DNA of 64,000 bases from a virus. Location of the stretch: positions 1 through 64,000 of IMG/VR virus record IMGVR_UViG_3300027906_000009, one strand, 5' to 3'. Below the pieces are notes generated by a model that did not search any database, was not told where the DNA came from, and worked only from the letters and a program-made list of their open reading frames with translations. This document shows positions 1 through 8,493 of this stretch, in pieces (within the stretch, counting starts at the first letter, position 1; the number at the start of each line of letters is the position of its first letter). The position numbers and the translations under genes are program-made.

Positions 1-56
1 TCTCTTAATAACAAATAATTTAAATAAGATTGTTGTGTAAATATTCTCCTTGACAT
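1..56 (-). CDS. Probable 5' end of next gene (MSRRIFTQQSYLNYLLLR...), runs off the window
   Basis: ATG at 56 lies immediately after the stop of the LysM gene and the frame is open to position 1; only 18 codons are visible. Confidence 0.4.
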   Translation of the reverse strand, partial: MSRRIFTQQSYLNYLLLR

Positions 57-57
57 G

Positions 58-417
58 TTACAAAATCACCACATTAAATATTTGCTCTTGTACTTCTTCC
101 AGTGGTACTGGAACCTTAATTGTGTCTCCTATTTTGCAATGAAAATCTGTTGGCTTGGTATTATACCAAGCTAAAATCCACCACAAACGCGGGTCTCCGT
201 AATACTTGTGGGCTATTTTAGATAAGTTATCCCCTACACTATAGAGGTGACGATGATGGCTTATATTCTCTTTAAATTCCAAGGAGTTTGGGTCGCCAAA
301 TGGAATTATACCATGATGTATTATTTCTGTATACCCTGTTCTTTCAAAAAAATCTACATAAATCCCTGCATCTTTGTTATTTCTTAATTTAAAAGCGTGT
401 GAGTCCCAATCAGTCAT
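58..417 (-). CDS. LysM-domain / tail protein X-like baseplate protein (T4 gp53-like role)
   Basis: GDNLSKIAHKYYGDPRLWWILAWYN...GDTIKVP LysM pattern; lies downstream of tape measure and tube-initiator genes. Confidence 0.8.
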   Translation of the reverse strand: MTDWDSHAFKLRNNKDAGIYVDFFERTGYTEIIHHGIIPFGDPNSLEFKENISHHRHLYSVGDNLSKIAHKYYGDPRLWWILAWYNTKPTDFHCKIGDTIKVPVPLEEVQEQIFNVVIL

Positions 418-435
418 AATATTTTCTCCTTCTTA

Positions 436-1122
436 TTAGTCTTCGTCCGGATCATCGCTGGCTTGGACGGCAACCTCTGATATCTCATTTATGCTAGCCC
501 CCCATGGCCAGGAATCTTGTAACCTCATGCCACTTTCGTTAAAGCCCAGCGGGTGTTCATGGAGGGGTTGGAACTGGAAACTTAACGAAAAAATCATCGG
601 TATTAAATTACCTTCCTGTGTTATATAGTGGCCTGATTCAAATTTAGGTTGAAAGTTGATTCCTTGAACTGTTCCCAGAAGGCCGTTTGAATTTGTTGGG
701 CTATGTATATAATTAGCATACTTGATCCTCATCAATGGAGGGGCTGAGATTGTTCTAGATTTATCGTTATTTCCAATGGGTGCACTATATACAGGATATA
801 ACATGCTGGTTAAATTTTCAATATTTTTAAAATTTTGTATTGCTTGGTTTTTTGATTCTGAAACTACATCCATGGCTATTTGTATTTGACGGGTTGTTGA
901 TTGATAATTTTTTACTGCATCTGTCCTGCCGAATGGTTGATCACCTCCCCAGCCAACATTATAGTTGTCTGAAAATTGAGTGATAAATGCCGGAAACGAT
1001 ACATTCATCGGCACAACAGCGCTTCGAAAATGTATAACCCCTGCGGCACCTGCATGGGATTGGGCAATATTATTTATAGAATAAAGGGTAGAGCGTTGTC
1101 CATTTGAATCTTCTATTGACAT
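436..1122 (-). CDS. Tail tube initiator / baseplate-tube junction protein (gp48/gp54-like, CIS tube-like)
   Basis: F-x-AFIT-x-FSD...W...GR-x-D...Y..T-x-R motif and PPLMRI; sits between tape measure and LysM genes. Confidence 0.6.
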   Translation of the reverse strand: MSIEDSNGQRSTLYSINNIAQSHAGAAGVIHFRSAVVPMNVSFPAFITQFSDNYNVGWGGDQPFGRTDAVKNYQSTTRQIQIAMDVVSESKNQAIQNFKNIENLTSMLYPVYSAPIGNNDKSRTISAPPLMRIKYANYIHSPTNSNGLLGTVQGINFQPKFESGHYITQEGNLIPMIFSLSFQFQPLHEHPLGFNESGMRLQDSWPWGASINEISEVAVQASDDPDED

Positions 1123-1149
1123 AATATTATATTAACTCCTTAACCATCA

Positions 1150-3279
1150 TTACAGCTTTCTCACTTTCTCGGTTGGCACACCCAGCCCCTTAAGCGCTTC
1201 AATGTTTGTGTTGGTTGCCGCGATGACTTCATTTAACTTTTCTTTGGTTGCCTTCGGAGTGCTCGGGTGATTCAACATTTTAGATAAAATACCAGTCATA
1301 CCTTTCAATGCGCCAACAATCGCGGTGGTCTGTGTGGTGCTGACTCGTCTGTTTTGGGCTGCGGATACTTGTTGGCTTTTGACCACTGCTGCTATCGCGA
1401 CATTGTTCTGGGGGCCCATTAAATAGCTAAAGCCAGGTACCCCTGTGGGGGCTTTAGACGGGGTTATGACTTCATCGGTGTCCGGTGTGGTGATGCCCTT
1501 AGAGGAGTTTTTAAGAGCATCGTTGATTTCTTTAAGGCGCTTCTTGCCCTCGGTGCCGGTGAATATACCGGAGTCTCCGGTTATCTCATTGTACTCTGCC
1601 TCGGAAATGCCTGCGCGTTTCATCGCGGCTTTGAGTTTGTCGTCTCCACTAAGGTCACTTAGGCCTTTATTACCTTTGGTTCTGAAATATCTTAGAAAGT
1701 CTCTTGATATACCTAATCGGCCGGCTGATTTGTCTCTCAAAATTTTAATAAAGGATGCTTCTGCGGGGCTAACGTCATCCATGGGTTCATTAAGATCAAA
1801 TGCCTTCGCCGAGGCGCGAATTGCGGCGACTTTTTTATTCAACGCTCGGGCGTCGATGGTGCCTTGACTAAAATCTTGTAAGGCGGTTTGAACTCGGCCG
1901 GCCAAGACGCCGCGGTTCTTATCGGGTAATGTCTGCAATATTCTTAACACATCAATAAGCATCGGGGCGGCATTGACAGCCGCAGAAAGATCTGCCGGTT
2001 TGCCGATGCCAGTTTTGGTCCCTACACTTTGGCCGAATTCAAGACCGATGCCGGCCTTGGTGAAGGATTTGGTCGCGTCGAGGTTATAACCTTGGTTTGT
2101 GAGCATACCACCGGGCGTGTACATTCTCCTATCATAAACCAAGCCTTGTTGTGTTTTAGGTATGATACCGATCCTCATCAGAGTTTCTACATTCGCTTCT
2201 AACTGTTTGGTAAAGCTTGTCATTCCTGCTGCAAGGTCCGTCAATGCCTTGTTCGCTTGACCTGGGGCGTCGAAAGACTCATTGACTTTTCTTCCCAATT
2301 TGGTTTTAAGAGATCCTCCGGCCGTAGATCCAGGTTGGTCGCCAAAAAGTAAAAACCTTCTTGCGTCCTCACGGCTGTATCCAGTCAAGCCCCTGATAGT
2401 ATCTAATGCAAAGACTCCCAATTTACTGCCCGATTTAATTTCACCATATATTGGGTGCCTCATAATTGCCTCTCGCACCTTCACCATGCGGTCACTCTCA
2501 CTCATCATTAATATTTCGTTTGGACTAAATACCACCTGCCCTAATATAGAATTCAGTTTTCCTGCGAAGGCGCTGGCTCCGGATAGTGTGTCTAATTTTT
2601 GGCCAAAGCCGGACATTAAAGTCCCTACGGAGACCCCGGTTGTTGCTGATAGTTGTTGAATTTTTTTAAATTCATTTTGTATCATGGGAGCATTGTATGC
2701 CATCGCTTTTGCAACTAATTGAAAATTTTGCGAAACCACACTAGGTAACATTTTTATTTCTTTGGCGAAATCAACAATTCCTTGGTTCAAATTTAATACT
2801 TCCTTTGCAGAAAGATTTAATGTATATGTTCCCAATTCTACATTTTTATTAAATTCACCATAACTTAAGCCCATCTCTCTCAACGTTCCAGCCAGAGCCG
2901 TCATTTTATCTGCATATAAGTCCATGCCCGTGCCGAGTTCAGTCTCAGCTAAGGTTCCGAACTGTTGAAAGGAGCCCATCAGTGCGTTAAAAGCTTCTGT
3001 TGCTGGTTTTGTTGATCCTAAGAATTTATTCATAAACATTGCCGCGTTTTGCAGGGAAGTCTCTAGGGGGCCCCCTTTTGCAAAAACGGCGCCGCGGGTT
3101 GCAACTCTCGACAATGTTTTTTCGATGTCTTTAACTAAGTTGTTAATATCATCGGTTTGTTCTAATATACCGCCTTCTCTAACTTTTATAAAAGACTCAG
3201 CCTCAATGCCGTCGATTCTGCTTTTTAACTTAGCGACTTGAGCTTTAAGTTTCGCGATTTGTTCATTTGCGGGATTCAT
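1150..3279 (-). CDS. Putative tail tape measure protein (709 aa)
   Basis: Ala/Gly/Leu-rich helical composition; follows tube and tail chaperone genes. Confidence 0.6.
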   Translation of the reverse strand: MNPANEQIAKLKAQVAKLKSRIDGIEAESFIKVREGGILEQTDDINNLVKDIEKTLSRVATRGAVFAKGGPLETSLQNAAMFMNKFLGSTKPATEAFNALMGSFQQFGTLAETELGTGMDLYADKMTALAGTLREMGLSYGEFNKNVELGTYTLNLSAKEVLNLNQGIVDFAKEIKMLPSVVSQNFQLVAKAMAYNAPMIQNEFKKIQQLSATTGVSVGTLMSGFGQKLDTLSGASAFAGKLNSILGQVVFSPNEILMMSESDRMVKVREAIMRHPIYGEIKSGSKLGVFALDTIRGLTGYSREDARRFLLFGDQPGSTAGGSLKTKLGRKVNESFDAPGQANKALTDLAAGMTSFTKQLEANVETLMRIGIIPKTQQGLVYDRRMYTPGGMLTNQGYNLDATKSFTKAGIGLEFGQSVGTKTGIGKPADLSAAVNAAPMLIDVLRILQTLPDKNRGVLAGRVQTALQDFSQGTIDARALNKKVAAIRASAKAFDLNEPMDDVSPAEASFIKILRDKSAGRLGISRDFLRYFRTKGNKGLSDLSGDDKLKAAMKRAGISEAEYNEITGDSGIFTGTEGKKRLKEINDALKNSSKGITTPDTDEVITPSKAPTGVPGFSYLMGPQNNVAIAAVVKSQQVSAAQNRRVSTTQTTAIVGALKGMTGILSKMLNHPSTPKATKEKLNEVIAATNTNIEALKGLGVPTEKVRKL

Positions 3280-3319
3280 TTTATAGCCTCTAAGATAAAT
3301 AGATATTTTTTAAAAAATA

Positions 3320-3487
3320 TTACTCTTCTTCTTGTGGGGAAATATGCTTAATGGTTCTTTGGACAAACCACCTTCTTAAACCTATGGGAAAATTATAGGC
3401 TTCTGTAAAAGAAAAGTTACCTTCTTTGACTAACAAAAATATCTCTTCGTATATATTTTGTTGTGCACTAGAGAAAGCCTCTGCGAA
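3320..3487 (-). CDS. Downstream tail-assembly chaperone segment, probably translated by frameshift from the upstream gene
   Basis: YEEIFLLVKEGNFSFTEAYNFPIGLRRWFV resembles the C-terminal 'T' part of tail chaperones; it overlaps the upstream ORF in the +1 frame and has no good start or RBS. Confidence 0.6.
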   Translation of the reverse strand, partial: FAEAFSSAQQNIYEEIFLLVKEGNFSFTEAYNFPIGLRRWFVQRTIKHISPQEEE

Positions 3488-4412
3488 ACAATGCCCAAGA
3501 CAAGGGCACCTCCTTTTCAGAGACATTATTACACACCTGACAGGTTGTCTCTTGAAGCGTCGAGATTCTCGGACGGCAACTATTATAAAATTCTTTGAGG
3601 TAAGCCGCATCGGCTGCTGGTAACACTTCAATTAGTTCTGAAATAATTGAAGGGTCGGAAACTGTGTTTGCTGTTATAATTACTTGCTTCATGAATTCAA
3701 GTGTATAATTAAACTGCAAATTATATTTTTCTTTTTGTTCTCTACTTTTGTTGATAGTTTTAGCAACTTGTTCATCAAAGTTTACAATTTCCAGTTCTAT
3801 ATCAGTTACTGGTAGTTTAATGAAAAAAGTGTTTGATACTTCTGAGTATTTTGGCAACTGGTTTTCATCTTCTTCATCTTCCTTATAAAAGCTTGGCTCT
3901 ATAATTTCATGCTTTGTTAGATCAAACTCGTGCGGAGTTGTTTTTCCACAATTTTCACAGAATGTTTCTGTCTTAAAAAGTGCACCATAACCGCTTATTC
4001 TTGCCTGTAGTAAAACTGCCATCTTGTCTTCTTCTAACAAGCTCTCAGAATCAACACCAGGAGTTAACATAATATTATCTATCAACTTATCGAACAGGGT
4101 CTTACCATTAGGATTACTTGCAGAACTCAACAAATCTTCATCCCTTGCCGTCATATGTCTTACTGTTACTTCTTTTAGACCCCTCAGCGCGTGGCCGTGG
4201 GGATAAAACCTACCACCAGACGGGAGTTTTACTATTTCTTCTGGTTTTATAAAAGGCAACCCAAAAAGGTCTCTTATGTTTTTTCGGGATCCAGGTGGGG
4301 CCCCGGGGGGTGTGGGTGGAGCCTCAACTTGAGGGCTTTGTTCTTGTTTTTCTTCTGACTCTTTATAATCCGGGTTTGTATTACCGGTGAATTTTTTTGA
4401 ATTTCTACTCAT
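3468..4412 (-). CDS. Tail/baseplate hub assembly chaperone (T4 gp26-like) with CxxC pairs
   Basis: LPSGGRFY, MTARDEDLL, LLQARISGYG, CENC and CQVC; lies between tube and tape measure genes. Confidence 0.75.
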   Translation of the reverse strand: MSRNSKKFTGNTNPDYKESEEKQEQSPQVEAPPTPPGAPPGSRKNIRDLFGLPFIKPEEIVKLPSGGRFYPHGHALRGLKEVTVRHMTARDEDLLSSASNPNGKTLFDKLIDNIMLTPGVDSESLLEEDKMAVLLQARISGYGALFKTETFCENCGKTTPHEFDLTKHEIIEPSFYKEDEEDENQLPKYSEVSNTFFIKLPVTDIELEIVNFDEQVAKTINKSREQKEKYNLQFNYTLEFMKQVIITANTVSDPSIISELIEVLPAADAAYLKEFYNSCRPRISTLQETTCQVCNNVSEKEVPLSWALFRRGFL

Positions 4413-4470
4413 TTATCCTCTTTCTTAAACTAAACTATATTATCAAACTTTAACTAAAAATTTAAATTTA

Positions 4471-5037
4471 TTATCCTTCGCGGTTGTTCCAATTCCACTG
4501 CGGCTTTTGTTCTGTGGCTAACTCATTCAAAGTCGCCCAGTCATATTTAACTCCGATTTGTATATTCAATGCTTCATCCGAGCTATAATCTAGACCGTCA
4601 AAAGATACTGAGGTTATTTGAGGGTTTTTTAATATCCACTCTTCTAACACCTCTGCATTACTATTTGCTGAAATTTGTTGAATTTTAAATTCTCCCAAAG
4701 TGGTGACCATATCATTCTTTGAGATAGTTTTCATACCCGTTGCTGACGCAAGTACGTTTGTTGGTAACTCATAACCAAATGCTTGCAACATATTGTATAA
4801 TGTCTGTGCTGCGTCGGGATCTACTGGGTCGACCAATGTTAAGCTAACATCCTGCCAGGTCACTCTTCCAGGGAAGTTAAACGTGTGCTGTAAAAACTGA
4901 TGTGAAGTTGAGCCGATGTTAAAAGACGGCTTTGTCACAGATTTGATTATAAATTGAGGCGCGCCTGCGAAGTACAAAAGCCATCTAAACTTTCTCTTTG
5001 GCTCCATCCCCGCATTATTCCAAAATTGATCTGACAT
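4471..5037 (-). CDS. Tail tube protein (T4 gp19-like)
   Basis: EPKRKFRW, PGRVTWQDVSLTLVDP, EEWIL...FDGLDYSS...YDWA; directly downstream of the sheath gene. Confidence 0.85.
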   Translation of the reverse strand: MSDQFWNNAGMEPKRKFRWLLYFAGAPQFIIKSVTKPSFNIGSTSHQFLQHTFNFPGRVTWQDVSLTLVDPVDPDAAQTLYNMLQAFGYELPTNVLASATGMKTISKNDMVTTLGEFKIQQISANSNAEVLEEWILKNPQITSVSFDGLDYSSDEALNIQIGVKYDWATLNELATEQKPQWNWNNREG

Positions 5038-5077
5038 GATTTTAATCTCCTAAAATATATAGTATTTAATTTTATTT

Positions 5078-8000
5078 TTAATCGTCAAATTCAGCACCAG
5101 TGCTTGTGATTATGAAATCAACTGCGATGAACTCTATTGACCTTGCAGGCTTCAAGAATATCTTAGCGTACATAATATTTCTGTCTACTAAATCTGGGGT
5201 TGTTGTGCTCTCGTCTAATATAACTTTAAAGTCAGACAACCCAAATCTAACCTTTACATCTTCTAACAATGGAACTACTTGTCCAGTAAACCGAGACCAA
5301 GTCGATGGAACGTTTTGGTCGAAAAGAAGATTGCTACAAATTCTTGAAACTTCTTTTTTGATGAAAATTAGAAGCCTTCTAACATTAATCCTGTCAAGAG
5401 CGGACTGTGTAGATTGGAGAGTCTTCTGTCCAAAAACTACGATTCCCTCGGAAACAAAAGATGCGATCGGATTTATGTTTGCTTCATATAGGGTGTCCCT
5501 ATCTTTAGACATAAGCTGTTCCGAGGTCTGCAAGACCGGCAACCCTGCGTTTCCTTGATTGAGCCCACCTCGATTGAAGCCGGCTGGGGCGAACCATACA
5601 GCATCTCTCTGTTCTGTATATGCCATAACACCCAAAGCAATAACTGATGGTGGTACCCAAACGTCTCTTGACGATCTGGTATCTCTTATCTTCAACCAAG
5701 GATAATAAGTTGTCCCATAAGAAGAATTAATTTGTCTTTTCACTAAAGCTGCAGCGGATAACTCAGGTGTAGTGCCGTCGACTCTATCCTTAAAGTTCGT
5801 ACACTTTCTTTGAGAAGGTGGAACATATACATCTGGAAGGTCGATAATAGCTAATGAGTCTGCTCTTGCTTCGCATGTATTGACTAACTTTGTAGTCAAG
5901 GATGTGTTTGTTATTCCTGGCATCGCTGCTAAATTGTGTTCTACTACTTCTGCATCCCTTATTAATTCTATTGCCCTGTCGACCGAAGCATATGCATAAG
6001 AGGTTGCTGATGTTTTACCTTGTAGCACATCATTATTGAAAGGATTTGCTTCAGTAATGTTTGTTCCATCGAAGCCGCCCAAGAGAGGCATATGAAAGCC
6101 CTTGATTATGTTTAATAGTGGCCTTAAAGAGCCCCCGTCATTGTCAGCTAACACTGCAGAATATGAAGTGCCTCCGCCATCCACAAAACCTGTTCCTGTA
6201 ACTGTCGCTCCAGTAAAGTTAGTTGCATTGATAGAAGTTTGGCCTGCAATGCCGACAACGTCCTGGGTCAGAGTTAATACTGGACCTACAGCCAAAGCGG
6301 TGAGCGCTTGATCTGTTTGTGCGTTAATAACTGTGGCCAACCTATTAACAAAAGCATTCAAGTCGGCAAGTGCGGCGCGGCCGACTCTAAAGCGGCCGCT
6401 GCTATCTTTACTACCATCGGAATGGTTCTGGCCGGCGACAACTATATATGTTCCGGAGACCAAATTTGCATCCGTCAAGATCAATGTGTCATCTCCATCT
6501 GGAATCGCTGTAAAAGTTATTACTGCCGTAGCGTTTCGGCCAGTCTTGGAGCCGCGTTTCCAAACAATATCACCAACATCTGAATTTCTACTTATATTTA
6601 AAACTGTTGTTCCCGCGTCCTGGGCCTGTTGGCTTAAACTCACAACCACTTCATCCATTGAAAATGCCCAAGAATGTTCTGATAGGGAACCATCCGCGAC
6701 ACCATCGTCTTGGTCTGTAGCTAAGCCATTTAACTCTGACATTCTTCGAGTATGATCAACATACCCTTCATTTATTTGTTCTGTTGTTGTCCACTCACCT
6801 AGGCGAGCGCCACTCTTGCGTGAGAGCAAGTATGGCGTTGCTCCAAGATAAAATTGATCGTTCAAGGATCCACTACAAACGGATGGGAATTCAGGCCACT
6901 GGAAATTAATTGAACCAGAAGAAGATTGTGAAAGATGAATTTTGCCTTGCAAAAAGCCTCCGGCAGCGTTGACACCAGAAGCTGTAGATCCGTTGACAGA
7001 AGCTGATGCTTTCTTAGGTTGTACTGGACCGAAGAAACCAAACGGTATCAAAGATTTATTAGGTAATCCATTCGACTGGATATCTGCATCAAGTTGAACT
7101 CTTATATATTCTGAAATATTTGGATTCGATTCTCTTAATTTGTTTCTTTTTTCACCTGAATGCCATTCAAAATACTGGTCCCCTATTGCTTTTGCGATAA
7201 AGTTGTCGGATTTAGGATTAAGATTACACCTATCAAACCTTTCTACTTCTACTAACCTACCGGTGCCGTATTCTATTCTTTTAACAACAACACTAAACTC
7301 GCCGTATGGGTCGAGTGCACCTTCGCGGGCAACTTTTATATCTTCTATTCCAACTATTACGTTTCTTGAAGCTTCAGAGCCCTCTTGTAACGCCACTAAT
7401 CTAAATAATTTTGTATTGTTTGTTGCATCAAATACACCCGCGTTTCTTGATGTATCTTGGGCTATAACCCAACCAGTACGACCTTCGCCGAGTTGGTGTT
7501 TCGGCCCTCTGTGCCCCTCCATGCCAGAGGCTAGTTTCATTATGACGGCTGTTCTTTTAACACCAGAGGAGCCTGACATTCTAGCAGTTAACTTAGATGC
7601 AGTTTCCTCGAACGTTTCTCCTAGCCAATACTTACTTGCTAGTGAGGCTGCAGTTGGATTTGCAATGTTGTCGTTTGACATGACAGGATTCGTGTTAAAC
7701 TCTTCTCTCATTTCTTCTAGCGATGAAACAACATCTTTCGTTGTTGAACCATCAGTTAACTGAAACGTTACTCGGTTCTGAGAACTGAAATGCACAGGGG
7801 TTCCTGGGTTTGCAGTTATTATATTTGACCCTGATGTATTTTGACCTCTTAGTTTAACGCTGAATGATCCCGTTGTTCCATAAAAAATTGCTGCAAGGTC
7901 TGCGGTTTGGGCCGATGGTGGTGTTGCTGAACCTGAATGTGTAAAAACGAATAAACCGTATGCATTACTAGCGGCCCAGCCGGCTTCTGAATTTGGGACT

Positions 8001-8347
8001 GAGGCTGATGCTTCTTCTCCCGAGATACCTGCTAACCTCACCACTGTTATTGGTGAATCAATATTGGCTGACAAATAAGCCTTTGCTGCGTATGGTAAAT
8101 AGCTTTCTCCAAGTAAATCAGTACCATCTCGCCAAGGATCTCGTCCTTCATTTCCAGGCATCGGCAATCCGAATACTCTATTAAATTCATCCTGTGTTTG
8201 TACTTTATAAGGTTTTAGGGATGGACCCTGCCTTGTGCGCCCAATTAACACTGGACCAACACCCGGGCCCTGGCCTGGAAGTTGTGATAAATCTATTTCT
8301 TTTAAAAATACTCCAGGGGAAACAAATCTGAATTTTCTTGTAGCCAT
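5078..8347 (-). CDS. Contractile tail sheath protein (T4 gp18-like), enlarged by insertions
   Basis: FVSPGVFLKEID N-terminus; YYPW, WFAPAGFNRG, RDTLYEANINPI, GQKTL, DRINVRRLL, IEFIAVDF. Start placed at the ATG at 8347, which has an AAGGAG RBS. Confidence 0.95.
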   Translation of the reverse strand: MATRKFRFVSPGVFLKEIDLSQLPGQGPGVGPVLIGRTRQGPSLKPYKVQTQDEFNRVFGLPMPGNEGRDPWRDGTDLLGESYLPYAAKAYLSANIDSPITVVRLAGISGEEASASVPNSEAGWAASNAYGLFVFTHSGSATPPSAQTADLAAIFYGTTGSFSVKLRGQNTSGSNIITANPGTPVHFSSQNRVTFQLTDGSTTKDVVSSLEEMREEFNTNPVMSNDNIANPTAASLASKYWLGETFEETASKLTARMSGSSGVKRTAVIMKLASGMEGHRGPKHQLGEGRTGWVIAQDTSRNAGVFDATNNTKLFRLVALQEGSEASRNVIVGIEDIKVAREGALDPYGEFSVVVKRIEYGTGRLVEVERFDRCNLNPKSDNFIAKAIGDQYFEWHSGEKRNKLRESNPNISEYIRVQLDADIQSNGLPNKSLIPFGFFGPVQPKKASASVNGSTASGVNAAGGFLQGKIHLSQSSSGSINFQWPEFPSVCSGSLNDQFYLGATPYLLSRKSGARLGEWTTTEQINEGYVDHTRRMSELNGLATDQDDGVADGSLSEHSWAFSMDEVVVSLSQQAQDAGTTVLNISRNSDVGDIVWKRGSKTGRNATAVITFTAIPDGDDTLILTDANLVSGTYIVVAGQNHSDGSKDSSGRFRVGRAALADLNAFVNRLATVINAQTDQALTALAVGPVLTLTQDVVGIAGQTSINATNFTGATVTGTGFVDGGGTSYSAVLADNDGGSLRPLLNIIKGFHMPLLGGFDGTNITEANPFNNDVLQGKTSATSYAYASVDRAIELIRDAEVVEHNLAAMPGITNTSLTTKLVNTCEARADSLAIIDLPDVYVPPSQRKCTNFKDRVDGTTPELSAAALVKRQINSSYGTTYYPWLKIRDTRSSRDVWVPPSVIALGVMAYTEQRDAVWFAPAGFNRGGLNQGNAGLPVLQTSEQLMSKDRDTLYEANINPIASFVSEGIVVFGQKTLQSTQSALDRINVRRLLIFIKKEVSRICSNLLFDQNVPSTWSRFTGQVVPLLEDVKVRFGLSDFKVILDESTTTPDLVDRNIMYAKIFLKPARSIEFIAVDFIITSTGAEFDD

Positions 8348-8424
8348 GCTTAACATCTCCTTATGAGGATAAAATAATTGTTATTTTACTTATTAAATAG
8401 TTTTTCTTTCTTGCAATGGAAAGA

Positions 8425-8456
8425 AGAAAAAGAAAAGCCCGCCAAAAAGGCGGGCT
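8425..8456 (-). terminator. Rho-independent terminator after the fibre gene
   Basis: AGCCCGCC-TTTTT-GGCGGGCT 8-bp stem followed by TTTCTTTTT on the - strand. Confidence 0.85.
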
Positions 8457-8493
8457 GAGGTGGGAAATATGATAGGATTTGAAAGTTATTTCA

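Noticed and set aside
3488-3631. N-terminal half of the 103-aa ORF as an independent gene start
   Set aside because: It lies within the chaperone gene in another frame, has no clear RBS, and its sequence does not look protein-like
6173-6532. Inserted domain considered as an intein
   Set aside because: No N-terminal Cys/Ser or C-terminal His-Asn splice motifs and no endonuclease motifs in any copy
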